In this document: positions 7,963-18,007 of the stretch, piece by piece
Numbering within the stretch: the first letter of the stretch is position 1
How the letters are laid out: each line of letters opens with the position of its first letter
Assembly: GCA_014728225.1 (NCBI GenBank)
Contig: WJLX01000050.1
Span: 3,008 to 67,007 of the forward strand
Origin: Candidatus Coatesbacteria bacterium
GTDB taxonomy: Bacteria > RBG-13-66-14
DNA: 64,000 nt
Reading direction: 5' to 3'
Program-made: the position numbers and the translations under genes
Notes under the pieces: model-generated
The model's database searches: none
What the model saw: the letters and a program-made list of their open reading frames with translations, nothing else
Told to the model about the DNA's origin: nothing

Positions 7963-10380
7963 CTACCTACCTCCGGCCGACTCGACCACCGCCGGGGCGA
8001 AGGCGCCGTCGAAGCGCCCCAGACTGAACCGCCGGCCGTCGGTCTGCAGCACCGCCGCGCCGAGTTCGCCGACGTTGTACAGCCAGCAGCCGTGCTCGGC
8101 CAGGCGCCAGCGCACCGGCTCGTCGAAGGTGCCCGCCGACGGGAAGACCACGGCGTGTCCGGGACGCAGCGCCTCGAGGAGCTGGGGCGTCGTCCCGCTG
8201 AGCGAGCCGTGGTGGGGCACCTTGAGCAGGTCGACGACCTCGCCGGGCCAGCGTGACAGCAAGGCGGCTTCACCCTCGGCCTCGAGATCGCCGGTGAACA
8301 GGGCGCTGAAACCGCCGTAGTTCAGCAACAGCACCAGCGAGGCGTTGTTGGTGTCGTCGCCGGGGTAACCGACCGCCGAGTTCGACAGCACGGTCAGGCT
8401 CAAAGCGGGATCCCGCGTCGGTGGGCGGGTTCCGAAGGCCGGATGGATCACCGCGGCCCCGCAAGCCGCCTCGGCGCCGAGGTACTCGCTGAAGGCCGCC
8501 GTGCCCAGGACCTCCGGCGGGCGGTAGACGCGCTCGACGGTACAGTGTTGCAGTACTGGAACCAGTCCGGCGCAGTGGTCCTCGTCGGGGTGGGTCAGCA
8601 CGACGGCGTCCAGCTCGTCGATGCCCCGCCGCCGCAGATACTCGGCGGCCGGATCGGCCCAATCCGCCCCGCCGTCGAGCAGGATCCGGTCGCCCGCCGG
8701 ACTCTCGAGCAGGATGCAGTCCCCCCGGGCGACGTCGAAGAAGGTGAGCCGCAGCTCGTCGGGGTGGGCGGTTCGCAGCACCTGCACGGCCCAGAGGGTC
8801 AGGAGAACGGCGGCGGGCGCCAGAGCCCAGAGCCGCCGTCGGCGTTCGAGCTTAACCAGCAGCCACCAGGCGAGGCTCAGCAAGCCCAGGGTGCCCAGTA
8901 CGAGCCACCACGAGGGCTGACGCACGTCGACGGTCAGCGGCGCCCAGGCCAGGGCCTCGCCGACCAGCCAGTCCAGGGCCCGCAGCAGGTGGGTCAGGGG
9001 GACGCCGAGCAGGGGCGCCGCCGCGCTCCAGGCGGCGGCCAGCAACAGATAGGGCAGGCCGACCAGCAGGATCATCCCCACCAGGGGGACGACCAGCAGG
9101 TTGAGCAGCATGCCCGCCAGGGGCACCCGGGAGAAGTGCAGGGCCAATAGCGGGAACAGCGCCAGTTGGGCGCCGCAGGTCGCCGCCAGGGGTTCGGCAA
9201 CGAGGCCGGGCAGCCGCCGCCGTTTCAACCAGCGCGCCGTCCGCGGAGTGAAGGCGGCGATGCCCGCGGCGGCGGTGAAAGAAAGCTGAAAGCTGATGTC
9301 GGTTATCTGCAGCGGTTCGACGAGCAACAGCAGCAGTCCGGCGGCGGCCACCGAGGTGCCCAGGTGGGCCGGGCGACCCAGCAGGCGACCGCCGAGGTAG
9401 ATCCCGGCCATCAGGCAGGCCCGCAGCGCCGGTGGGCGGGCCCCGGTCAGCAGGGTGAAGGCCGCGATCCCCACCAGGGCCAGCAGGTAGCGACCGCGAC
9501 GCCTCAGCGGCAGCGTCCCGCCCAGGGCGAACAGCAGATAACCGACCAGGCCGACGTGGAGCCCACTGACGGCGAAGACGTGGAAGACGCCGGAGCGGCG
9601 GTAGCGCTCCAGCTCCTGCGTCGGGATACCCGAGCGGTCGCCCAGCAGCAAGGCACTTGCCAGGCCCCGGGCCTCCTCCTCCAGCGGCGTCAAGGCGTGA
9701 GCTGTCAGCCAGGCCCGCAGCCTGAGGAAGGCCTCCAGCGGCCCGACGGCCTCGCCGACCCGTTCGAGTCCGCTGACGTTCCTGGCCCAACCGGCCACGC
9801 CCCGGGCGCTCAGATACTCGCCGTAGTCGGGGACCAGGGGATTGGCCGGCGGGTCCACGCCGTCGAGGAACAGCGGTCCGTGGAGTAGCTCGCCGGGCCG
9901 CGGCGTCAGCTCCGGCGCGTCGTAGACGCCCAGGCTCAGGCGGGCGCCGCGCAGGTCGTCCAGGGCCGCCGGGGTGTGGACGATCTCGACGACGGCCCGG
10001 CAGCGCTCGTCGTCGACGTCGACGGGGCCGACCACCCGGACGGTCAGCTCGCTGGCGCCGCTCAGGGCCTCCAGCCGCGCCCGCTGGGCGGTCAGCTCGT
10101 CGTGGGCGGCGGCGTGGAGTCCCAACCCCGCCGCCAGCGAAGCCAGGGTGGCGGCGACGAGGGCCAGGTGTTTGACCGTTCGGCCCCAGAGCAGGATCAG
10201 GGTCAGGCCGGCCAGCACCCCGGCCGCGCCCACCGCGACGGGCGGATCCAGCCAGGCCGATGTTCCGGCGCCCAAAGCGCAGGCCGCCGCCAGCAGCACC
10301 AGGGGTGACGCCGGCGGCGGCCGTTCGGTTCTGCGGTAGGCCGGGCGGGTGTCGAAACCGCGCTGGTCCTCCCGCTCCAT
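7963..10380 (-). CDS. comEC: DNA internalization competence protein ComEC/Rec2 (membrane channel + C-terminal metallo-beta-lactamase domain)
   Basis: 805-aa polytopic membrane protein; C-terminal LTHPDEDHCAG...VPHHGS beta-lactamase-fold motifs. Confidence 0.8.
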   Translation of the reverse strand: MEREDQRGFDTRPAYRRTERPPPASPLVLLAAACALGAGTSAWLDPPVAVGAAGVLAGLTLILLWGRTVKHLALVAATLASLAAGLGLHAAAHDELTAQRARLEALSGASELTVRVVGPVDVDDERCRAVVEIVHTPAALDDLRGARLSLGVYDAPELTPRPGELLHGPLFLDGVDPPANPLVPDYGEYLSARGVAGWARNVSGLERVGEAVGPLEAFLRLRAWLTAHALTPLEEEARGLASALLLGDRSGIPTQELERYRRSGVFHVFAVSGLHVGLVGYLLFALGGTLPLRRRGRYLLALVGIAAFTLLTGARPPALRACLMAGIYLGGRLLGRPAHLGTSVAAAGLLLLLVEPLQITDISFQLSFTAAAGIAAFTPRTARWLKRRRLPGLVAEPLAATCGAQLALFPLLALHFSRVPLAGMLLNLLVVPLVGMILLVGLPYLLLAAAWSAAAPLLGVPLTHLLRALDWLVGEALAWAPLTVDVRQPSWWLVLGTLGLLSLAWWLLVKLERRRRLWALAPAAVLLTLWAVQVLRTAHPDELRLTFFDVARGDCILLESPAGDRILLDGGADWADPAAEYLRRRGIDELDAVVLTHPDEDHCAGLVPVLQHCTVERVYRPPEVLGTAAFSEYLGAEAACGAAVIHPAFGTRPPTRDPALSLTVLSNSAVGYPGDDTNNASLVLLLNYGGFSALFTGDLEAEGEAALLSRWPGEVVDLLKVPHHGSLSGTTPQLLEALRPGHAVVFPSAGTFDEPVRWRLAEHGCWLYNVGELGAAVLQTDGRRFSLGRFDGAFAPAVVESAGGR

Positions 10381-10387
10381 CGTCGCG

Positions 10388-11296
10388 CTACTTCCCCGAG
10401 CCGCTCTTCTTGGCCCGGCTCTTGCCGCGTTGCTTGCGGTAGTTGGCGCTGCGCTTGGCGATCGTCTGCCACTCGGCGGCCGGATCGAGCAATTCGCCCT
10501 TCTTGCGCACGTAGAGCCAGCGCCAGATGATGATCGCCACCCCGACCAGGGTGATGACGATGCTGATGATCTGGTTCTTGGACAGCAGGCCGCCCAGGGC
10601 TTGCATGTCGTCCTCGCGGTAGCGGTAGAACTCGATGAACAGGCGCCAGGCGCCGAAGAGGGCCACCATCAGGCCGAAGAGCAGGCCGTGGAAGCGCTTC
10701 CACTTGCGCTCGACCAGCAGCAGCAGGCCGAAGAAGGCGAAGCCGGCGGCGGATTCGAACAGCTGGGTCGGCAGGACCGGCGTACCCGGCAGGATGCCCG
10801 TTTTGATCGAGTACGCCGGGGCGTTGTTGGGGAAGACCACGCCCAGCCAGGAATCCGTCGGCCGGCCGAAGCAGCAGCCGTTGAGGAAGCAGCCGATCCG
10901 GGTGAAGCCCAGCCCCAGGGGTACCGCCGGGGCGATGATGTCGGTGATCTCCCACAGGGGCTGTTTCTTGACACGCAGGTAGACGAGCGAGCCGATTAAG
11001 GCGAAGATGAAACCGCCGAAGAGCATCAGGCCGCCGTCCCAGATGCGCAGCAGTTGCAGCCAGGGCTCGCCGGTGACGGCGTAGGCCTCGTAGTGGAAGG
11101 CGAAATGGAACAGCCGGGCGCCGATGACGGCCGACAGCAGGATCACCAGGGAGAGGTCGTAGACGTGGCGGGGATCGATACCACGATTACGCGCCCGGTT
11201 GGCCGAGACCAGCATGCCGACGATGAAGGAGGTCGCCAGCATCAGGCCGTAGGCGCGCAGGGTCAGCGGGCCACAGGTGAGGATGGTCGGTAGCAT
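10388..11296 (-). CDS. lgt: prolipoprotein diacylglyceryl transferase
   Basis: Motifs GGLMLFGGFIFA, GCFLNGCCFGRPT, YPTQLYE-like; typical Lgt length. Confidence 0.9.
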   Translation of the reverse strand: MLPTILTCGPLTLRAYGLMLATSFIVGMLVSANRARNRGIDPRHVYDLSLVILLSAVIGARLFHFAFHYEAYAVTGEPWLQLLRIWDGGLMLFGGFIFALIGSLVYLRVKKQPLWEITDIIAPAVPLGLGFTRIGCFLNGCCFGRPTDSWLGVVFPNNAPAYSIKTGILPGTPVLPTQLFESAAGFAFFGLLLLVERKWKRFHGLLFGLMVALFGAWRLFIEFYRYREDDMQALGGLLSKNQIISIVITLVGVAIIIWRWLYVRKKGELLDPAAEWQTIAKRSANYRKQRGKSRAKKSGSGK

Positions 11297-11472
11297 ACCG
11301 GATTCTCGCTTTAGCTGTAGGCTGGGCGGTTGTCTGTTAGTTCAGCGGGATGCTTGTTGGAACCGGTGGGGAATGTTAATCTTGCCCATTGTAACACGAG
11401 GCCGGCCCGTCGGTGGGGTCGATTCCACCCCCGCGGCCGACACCGCCGTTTCTCCAATACAACAGGACCGCT

Positions 11473-12459
11473 ATGACCCCCCGCCGGCCGTTGGGCATCA
11501 CAGCCACTGTTCCCCTCGAGATCGCCCTGGCGGCGGGGCTGCGCCTGGTGGACCTCAACAATGCCCTGGTTCGCGGTCCGGACCCCGCCGGCGCCGTCGC
11601 CGCCGCCGAGGCCGACGGCTTTCCCCGCAACACCTGCGCCTGGATCAAGGGCATCTACACCACGATCAAGCGGCTGGGCCTCCAGCGCGTCGTCGGGGTG
11701 ACCCAGGGCGACTGCTCCAACACCGAGGCCCTGCTGGAGTTGCTGACCGACGAGGGCGTCGAGACCGTGCCCTTCGCCTACCCGGCCTCGCGCGAGCCCG
11801 CCGAGCTGCGCCGGGCCATGGAGGGCTTCGCCGCCGACCTCGGTACCACCCTCGCCGCCGCCGAGGAGTGCCGCGAAGGCCTGCGCCCCCAGAGGGCCGG
11901 ACTCGAACGCCTCGACGAACTCGTCGTCCGCGGCGAGCGTCGGGGGGTCGATTACTTCGAGCTGGCCCTGACCGCCACCGATTTCGGCGGTGACCCGGCC
12001 GCCTATCTAAACCGACTTGAAGAGGTCCTGCGCCACGGTCCGCCGCCGACGGCCCGCGGTCTGCGCCTGGGCTGCCTCGGCGTGCCCCCGGCCTTCAGCG
12101 ACCTGTCCGAGCGCCTGGCCGACTTCGGCGCCGAGATCGTCTACTGGGAGATCCCCCGTCAGTTCACCATGCCCCACGACAGCGCCGATCTCGTCGCCCA
12201 GTACCGCGCCTACAGCTATCCCTACGGCATGGCCTTCCGCCTGCGCGACATCGCTCGCCAGACCGCCCGCCGCCGTCTCGACGGCCTCGTCCACTACGTC
12301 CAGGCCTTCTGCTTCCGCCAAATCGAAGACATACTGGTTCGGCGTATTTTGCCCGATGTACCCCTGCTGACGCTCGAAGGCGACCGCCCCGGTCCCCTGG
12401 ACGGCCGGGACCTGCTGCGCCTGGAGAGCTTCTGCGAAAGCCTGCTGCTGGAGCTCTGA
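11473..12459 (+). CDS. 2-hydroxyacyl-CoA dehydratase / benzoyl-CoA reductase subunit family protein (HgdB/BcrC-like)
   Basis: Blocks NTCAWIKG, GVTQGDCSNTEALLE and the C-terminal region match the HgdB/BadD family; no partner subunit or activator adjacent. Confidence 0.55.
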   Translation: MTPRRPLGITATVPLEIALAAGLRLVDLNNALVRGPDPAGAVAAAEADGFPRNTCAWIKGIYTTIKRLGLQRVVGVTQGDCSNTEALLELLTDEGVETVPFAYPASREPAELRRAMEGFAADLGTTLAAAEECREGLRPQRAGLERLDELVVRGERRGVDYFELALTATDFGGDPAAYLNRLEEVLRHGPPPTARGLRLGCLGVPPAFSDLSERLADFGAEIVYWEIPRQFTMPHDSADLVAQYRAYSYPYGMAFRLRDIARQTARRRLDGLVHYVQAFCFRQIEDILVRRILPDVPLLTLEGDRPGPLDGRDLLRLESFCESLLLEL

Positions 12460-12836
12460 AGCGCCGCCGTAGGCGGGTTGACCGTCTCCGGTTCGCTCGG
12501 GCCCTCATCGACCTCAGACGCGGCGGTTCGGTGCTGTCGGCCGCTGCGTCACCCGGTCCTGGTATGTCGAGGGCCCCGGCCCCGTAGCGGCTCGGCCGGC
12601 GCACGTCACTGCCGCTCAACCGCAGGCGGCGCGACCCCCGGAGCGGATGATCTGGTGGGGTGCTCGGGGACGCTGCAGCCCCAGCGCACTCCCCGCCCCT
12701 TCAGCGATCCGCTTGCGAGCGCCGGGCGCCATCCCCGGCCTCGGCACAAGATCCCGACACATTGACAGGTCGGCGGCGCTGGGGTACGGTATCCGGGTCA
12801 AGAGTAAACAATGCTGAAAACGGCGCCGGGAAGACG

Positions 12837-14063
12837 ATGCTCATCCTGCACTACACCCACGACCTGCCCCTCTCCGGTCCCCAGCGCGGCACGGCCGACG
12901 TCTGCGCCGGGCTGCGCGCGCGGGGCTGGCCCACGGCGGCGGCCAGCCTGACCGGCGACGGCCCGGCCCGAGCCTACTTCAACGCCCGGGGCCTCGAGGT
13001 CCACCCCGTCGGCCGACCCGCTGACTCCCAGCTCGTCCTGGGGTTCAAGCTGGCCCGCCTGGCCCGGCGCCTCGGCGCCACGGCCCTCCACGGTCACCCG
13101 GACCGCGTGCCGAGCTGGATCGCCGGCCTGCTGACCGGCCTGCCCGTCTTCATCACCTTCCACCGCTACGGTTTCGACGGCCGGGCCATCCGTCTGCTGA
13201 CCCGGCTGGCCGCCCCGGCGACGGCGGGCTTCGGCGCCGTCAGCCGCCGGGTGCGCCGCTACGCCGTCGACCGCGTCGGCCTGCCCGCCGACAAGGTCGT
13301 CTACATCCCCAACGGCATGGACACCGAGCGCTTCCACCCCGGCTTCATGAGCCGGGAGCGGGCGCGTCGCGAGCTGGAGCTGCCCGCCGAAGCCCCGGTG
13401 CTGTGCTACGTCGGTCGTCTGGCCCATCGCAAGGGCCTGGCTCCGGCGCTCAAGGCCCTGGTCCGGCTGGAGGGGGCCGTTCTCGTTCTCGTTGGCGACG
13501 GCGACTACCGCGACGAGTTGGAGCGCCTGGCCCGGCGGTTGCGGCTGGGCGGGCGTCTGCGCTTCACCGGCCGCCTGGCCGATCCCCGTCCAGTCTACGC
13601 CGCCAGCGACGTCGCCGTGGCCGTCGGCCGCGGCGAGAGTTTCAACCGCGGGCTGGTCGAGCCGTTGCTGATGGGCATTCCCGCCGTGGGCCTGGCCCAG
13701 GGCGGCGTACCCGCCGTGGTGCCCCGGGAGTGCTGGGAGCTGCTCATCCCGCGCTACGAGGCGGAGCTGCTGGCCGCCAAGCTGCGCGAGGTGCTGGCCG
13801 ATCCGGTCCGCTACCGCCGCCTGGCCGCCCTGGCCGCCGAGCGCGTGCGCGTCGAATTCACCGTCGCGGCGATGGTCGAGGCCCACGCCCGGCTCTACGA
13901 ACGGGTCCTGTTGCGCGGCCTGCCGCCCTCCGCCGAGCCGGCCGGCCGACGCTTTCCCCGCTTCCCCGGCGCCGTCGACCCCGACGTCACTCCACCGCGG
14001 CTGCCCTGCGAAACCATCGACGTCGTCGGTTACACCCTTGACGAACGCCCGCCGAAGACCTAA
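12837..14063 (+). CDS. glycosyltransferase family 4 (GT-B, group 1)
   Basis: C-terminal GT1 domain (CYVGRLAHRKG...GESFNRGLVEPLLMGIPAV); start taken at in-frame MLILHY. Confidence 0.75.
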   Translation: MLILHYTHDLPLSGPQRGTADVCAGLRARGWPTAAASLTGDGPARAYFNARGLEVHPVGRPADSQLVLGFKLARLARRLGATALHGHPDRVPSWIAGLLTGLPVFITFHRYGFDGRAIRLLTRLAAPATAGFGAVSRRVRRYAVDRVGLPADKVVYIPNGMDTERFHPGFMSRERARRELELPAEAPVLCYVGRLAHRKGLAPALKALVRLEGAVLVLVGDGDYRDELERLARRLRLGGRLRFTGRLADPRPVYAASDVAVAVGRGESFNRGLVEPLLMGIPAVGLAQGGVPAVVPRECWELLIPRYEAELLAAKLREVLADPVRYRRLAALAAERVRVEFTVAAMVEAHARLYERVLLRGLPPSAEPAGRRFPRFPGAVDPDVTPPRLPCETIDVVGYTLDERPPKT

Positions 14064-14674
14064 TATCGCTCCACGTCGGTCATCCTAGCCGGGGCGCCAG
14101 CGGTGCCCTCCCGCCGGAAACCCGCTATATGCCGGGGCGAACGCCCGGTGAGGCGCAGGCGGGCTTCGGGGCGTCGGGTGAGCGAAGCCGTGAAGGTCTG
14201 GACCGTCGCATCCGGGTACTCCCGAACCCCGTCAGGCCCGGGAGGGAGCAGCGGTAGGGAGCCGCCCGGAGTGCCGGCGAACATCTGGGCTGGAGCCGAG
14301 CGAGCCCGGCGGCGCGGAGTTGCGCACGTCGAGCCGGTGCCGGATGACCGCCGTGGGGCCCGCCAGGGCCCCGCCTTTTTATCTCTGACCTTTACGGTGG
14401 TTGTTGACCAGCCGAGACCGGCCGAACGCCTCGCCCCTCCCAGCGCCGGCGCCGCCGCTCAGAACCAGCCGCTGCGGGTCTAATTGCTTCAGCGGACTCC
14501 CTGGCAGAATGACATGGTCCTTTTCAAGATGAGCAGGGGCAATTATCGCCGCCGACGGCGCGCAATACTGTGATTTTGATAGCATTCTCCGGCCTTGGCT
14601 TAACTGGATCGGCTGAGTTAAGATAAAATCAAGTAGTATTTTGCCACCCCAACGTCACCACGTAGACGAGGGCG

Positions 14675-15526
14675 ATGAAACCGTCAATCCTCCACCCCAC
14701 CCCGGATATCGACACCCCCATGCGACTGCCTCAGGGTACGCAAATCCTCTCCGAGCTGAGTCCCCTGCAGGGCGGGCTGGACCAGGTGCTGCGCATCCTC
14801 TCCGCCGGCGCTTTCTCGGGCTATCTACAACTGACCGACGGACGCTGCGCCGGCAGCGTCATCCTCGGCGCCGGCCGGCCGATCTACGCCCGCTGGTCCA
14901 GCGGGCGGGAATTGGTCTGCGAGGGCGTCCACGCCGCCTCCCACCTGGCCCAACGGGCCGACGGAATGCGGTTGCGCGTCGTCCAGTTGGACAAGAAACG
15001 TTTCGACTACGCCCGGATCATCGCTCAGGCCGAAGCCGCCGGTCGCGGCCTGACCCCGGTCTGCGACGAGCTGACCCTGTTCTACTCCCGCCTGGTTCGT
15101 GGCAACCGCAGCGGTCTGATCCAGATGTACAACGAGCGCAGTGAGTACTACATTCACATCAACCGCGGTCAGATCGTCGACAAGCCCTCCAGCCTCGACG
15201 AGGCTTTCGATCGCTTCCGCTCCGCGCGCGATTACCTCATCGATGTCTACAACTACCGGCCGGAGCGGCTGCTCTTCCAGGAGCTCGAGGTCGCCGACTT
15301 CGACCCCGGTCGGCTGAAGAAGCTGTTCATCGAACAGCTCAACGCGGAGTTCGGCTACCGCGCCAAGGCCCTGGTGGATGAGATTCAGGCCGGAACCGTG
15401 GGCCTGCACAACGCCGAGGATTGGCTGGAACGGATCGAGAAGTTCCTGCGCCAGTTCATCTGCAGCCGCCCGGCAGCGCGGAGCTTCACCGCCGGCCTGG
15501 CCCGCGGGCTGCCCGATGACGAATGA
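14675..15526 (+). CDS. hypothetical protein with N-terminal DUF4388-like domain
   Basis: N-terminal pattern L.GGLDQVLRILSAGAFSGYLQL...VILGAGRPIYA resembles DUF4388; remainder unknown. Confidence 0.45.
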   Translation: MKPSILHPTPDIDTPMRLPQGTQILSELSPLQGGLDQVLRILSAGAFSGYLQLTDGRCAGSVILGAGRPIYARWSSGRELVCEGVHAASHLAQRADGMRLRVVQLDKKRFDYARIIAQAEAAGRGLTPVCDELTLFYSRLVRGNRSGLIQMYNERSEYYIHINRGQIVDKPSSLDEAFDRFRSARDYLIDVYNYRPERLLFQELEVADFDPGRLKKLFIEQLNAEFGYRAKALVDEIQAGTVGLHNAEDWLERIEKFLRQFICSRPAARSFTAGLARGLPDDE

Positions 15527-15544
15527 GCAAGGGATCACACACGA

Positions 15545-16120
15545 TCATGGACCAATCAGGCTGTTGTTGGGGTAGTCTAGCCTGCCGGGATCGTTTCTGT
15601 GGTTGAAGCTGAACTCCATCTCCCTGATGAAGAGACTGAAGTTGCGCTTGAAACCGCCGTGGTGGGCCTTTAGCCGGCGTTTGGAATAGCCCCGGAAGCT
15701 CTCGAGGCCCTTGATATGCACTTTACCATTGACCGGGGTCTTGTCATGATTGATGCGCTTGTGGTGTAATCCATTGAGCGACGGCCAGTTACAGACCTTC
15801 CAGCCGTCGGAGTATACGATCGATTCCACCTCGAACTTCTCCAGTTCGGCCTCCCGAGCGGCGGCGATGCGCTCGCCAATGATACGCTCGTACTTGGCGA
15901 GCGTACTGGGCTGGACGCGAGCCTTCTTTGCCGTCCTGGCCGCGGTTACTTCAAGCCACAACAGCACGGCGATCAACTCGCGCTGTTCTAAGGCGCTTAC
16001 ACATCCGCCGCCCGTCGCCAAACCTCTACTGATAGCGAAAGTTAAACTACGCACACTTGACGCGCCTGTCGGGATTACCCTTTGAGCCGGCGGCCACAGC
16101 GCCGCCTTTACTTGTGGCAT
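15545..16120 (-). pseudogene. truncated IS1595-type (ISXO2-like DDE) transposase ORF within copy B
   Basis: C-terminus VYSDGWKVCNW..HKRINHDKTPVNGKVHIKGLESFRGYSKRRLKAHHGGFKRNFSLFIREMEFSFNHRN matches the IS1595 DDE C-terminal signature; the N-terminal zinc ribbon is in another frame with stops, and the first catalytic region appears deleted. Confidence 0.55.
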
Positions 16121-16193
16121 GAAAGCATCCTGGTAACTCTCGTGACTACAAGATTATCACAATATATGATGATCCATAAGCGTTAGGGTATCC
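15620..16193 (-). mobile_element. degenerate IS1595/IS1-superfamily element, copy B (same orientation as copy A)
   Basis: Homologous to 5603-6147; both end in gcgttagggta(g/t)cc. Confidence 0.6.
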
Positions 16194-16194
16194 C

Positions 16195-16977
16195 ATGAGC
16201 AATTCCTGCCGCCTGACCCTCTACCCCGCCTTCGACCGCGCCGTCACCATCAAGCGCCACAACCGCTTCGTCGCCGGGGTGCGCCGTCCCGACGGCGGCT
16301 GCGAGGACGTTCACGTTCCCAATTCCGGCCGTCTGCCCGAGCTGTTCACCCCGGGGCTGCCCTGCCTGCTGGTGCATTACGGCGGCGCGCGCAAGTATCC
16401 CTCCAGCGTGGTCGCGGTGTATTACGACGACGCCTGGGTGCTGATCGACACCCAGGCCACCAACCGCATCGCCGCTGAGCTGCTGCGGCGCGGTCTGTTG
16501 GAGCCCTTCGCCGGCTACGGCGCCGTGCGCGCCGAGGTCGTGCGCAAGCCGCCGGGCCATTCGGGCTCGGTCAAGGGCCTGCCGCGCTTCGACTTCCGCC
16601 TGGACGACCACGCCGCCGGCCGACCGCCCTGCTGGCTGGAGGTCAAGAGCGTCACCCTGGCCCTCGACGGCACGGCCCTGTTCCCCGACGCCGTCACCAG
16701 CCGCGGCGCCCGACATGTTGAGGAGCTGGGCGGGATCGCCGCCGCCGGGCACGAGGCCGCCGCCCTGCTGTTCCTCGTCCAGCGGGCCGATCCGCGGCGC
16801 TTCGCTCCCAACGACGCGACCGATCCCGCCTTCGGCGCCGCCCTGCGCCGGGCCGTCGAGCGGGGGCTGGAGGTCCACGTCCGCCGCCTGCGAATCGAAC
16901 CCTGCGCCGAGAACGGCGGCCCCCTCGAGGTCGTCCTCGACGGTCATCTGCCGCTGGAGCTGAGCCGCGGCAGCTGA
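16195..16977 (+). CDS. sfsA: sugar fermentation stimulation protein A
   Basis: Blocks FPDAVTSRGARHVEEL, HVPNSGRL, LVHYGGARKYP; typical length. Confidence 0.85.
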   Translation: MSNSCRLTLYPAFDRAVTIKRHNRFVAGVRRPDGGCEDVHVPNSGRLPELFTPGLPCLLVHYGGARKYPSSVVAVYYDDAWVLIDTQATNRIAAELLRRGLLEPFAGYGAVRAEVVRKPPGHSGSVKGLPRFDFRLDDHAAGRPPCWLEVKSVTLALDGTALFPDAVTSRGARHVEELGGIAAAGHEAAALLFLVQRADPRRFAPNDATDPAFGAALRRAVERGLEVHVRRLRIEPCAENGGPLEVVLDGHLPLELSRGS

Positions 16978-17047
16978 TGCTCCGGCCGCTGTTCCTTAAC
17001 CATCCCGCCGCTTGCGTCCCGCGCCCCGGGGAACTATAATTCCAGCG

Positions 17048-18007
17048 ATGTTTCACTCCGATGAGCAGATGAGAAAAAGACTCGTCCCAGCTTTGCTGCT
17101 AGTCGCGTCCCTGGCCGTTCCCGCGACGGCCGGCGACCTGGAGGATCGCGCCCTGGTCTATATCTCCAGCGATCGCACCAGCGCCGGAGCCGCGGTGATG
17201 ATCCTCGAACTGGCCCTGCCCCTGCTGCCCCGGCCGCTGACCCCGGCCGTCGACGAGGACGGCGAACCCAACCTGGCCACCAACGCCAGCCTGTCCCCCG
17301 ACGCCCGCACCGTGGCCTTCGAGGCCGGCGGCCTGGAACCGTCCAGCCTGGAGATCTACCTGACCGAGATCGACCGCCCCGGCGTCTACCGCAACTTCAC
17401 CCGCAACAGCGCCGCCGACACCGCCCCGGCCTGGAGCCCCGACGGTACCATGCTGGCCCTGATCTCGGACCGCGACGGCACCCCGGACCTCTACGTCGTC
17501 GATACCGGCACCGGCGAGCTCAGCCGGCGGCTGACCAACTCCGTCGCCCGGGAGTCAGATCCGGCCTGGCACCCCGACTCGGTCCGCCTGGCCTACGTCA
17601 GCGACAGCGACGGCGACAAGGACGTCTACCTGACCGACGCCGTGGGGAGCTTCCACGAGCGCCTGACCGACAACGAGTGGTCGGACAGCGATCCGGCCTG
17701 GCACCCCGACGGCAGCCGACTGGCCCTGGCCACCACCGTCCCCGGCGAGCGCTCCGCCGCCGGTGACACCAATCTCGACATCGTCATCCTCGATGTCGAC
17801 AGCGGCGGCGTCGAGTACCCGGTGCGCTCGGCCGGCCGCGACATCAACCCCGCCTTCAGCCCCGACGGTCGCTATCTGGCCTACGCCTCGGACCGCAACG
17901 GCGATTACGAGCTGTTCGTCTACGATCTGGAAACCGGCTTCGAGAAGCAGGTGACCTTCAACGACGCCGCCGACGACCTCTTCCCCCTCTGGCTGGAGGA
18001 GCGCTGA
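17048..18007 (+). CDS. PD40 (TolB-like WD40) beta-propeller repeat protein 1
   Basis: Repeated PAWSPDG / SDRDG...DLY motifs; signal peptide. Start uncertain (alternatives 17012 or 17069). Confidence 0.65.
   Translation: MFHSDEQMRKRLVPALLLVASLAVPATAGDLEDRALVYISSDRTSAGAAVMILELALPLLPRPLTPAVDEDGEPNLATNASLSPDARTVAFEAGGLEPSSLEIYLTEIDRPGVYRNFTRNSAADTAPAWSPDGTMLALISDRDGTPDLYVVDTGTGELSRRLTNSVARESDPAWHPDSVRLAYVSDSDGDKDVYLTDAVGSFHERLTDNEWSDSDPAWHPDGSRLALATTVPGERSAAGDTNLDIVILDVDSGGVEYPVRSAGRDINPAFSPDGRYLAYASDRNGDYELFVYDLETGFEKQVTFNDAADDLFPLWLEER

Noticed and set aside
14064-14674. 611-bp GC-rich noncoding gap examined for RNase P RNA, tmRNA or SRP RNA
   Set aside because: None of the universal motifs (RNase P P4 agtccggg/acagaa, tmRNA ...ggttcgattcc...cca end, SRP ggtcagg...aagcag) are present. 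The region does contain a plausible promoter for the 14675 gene.
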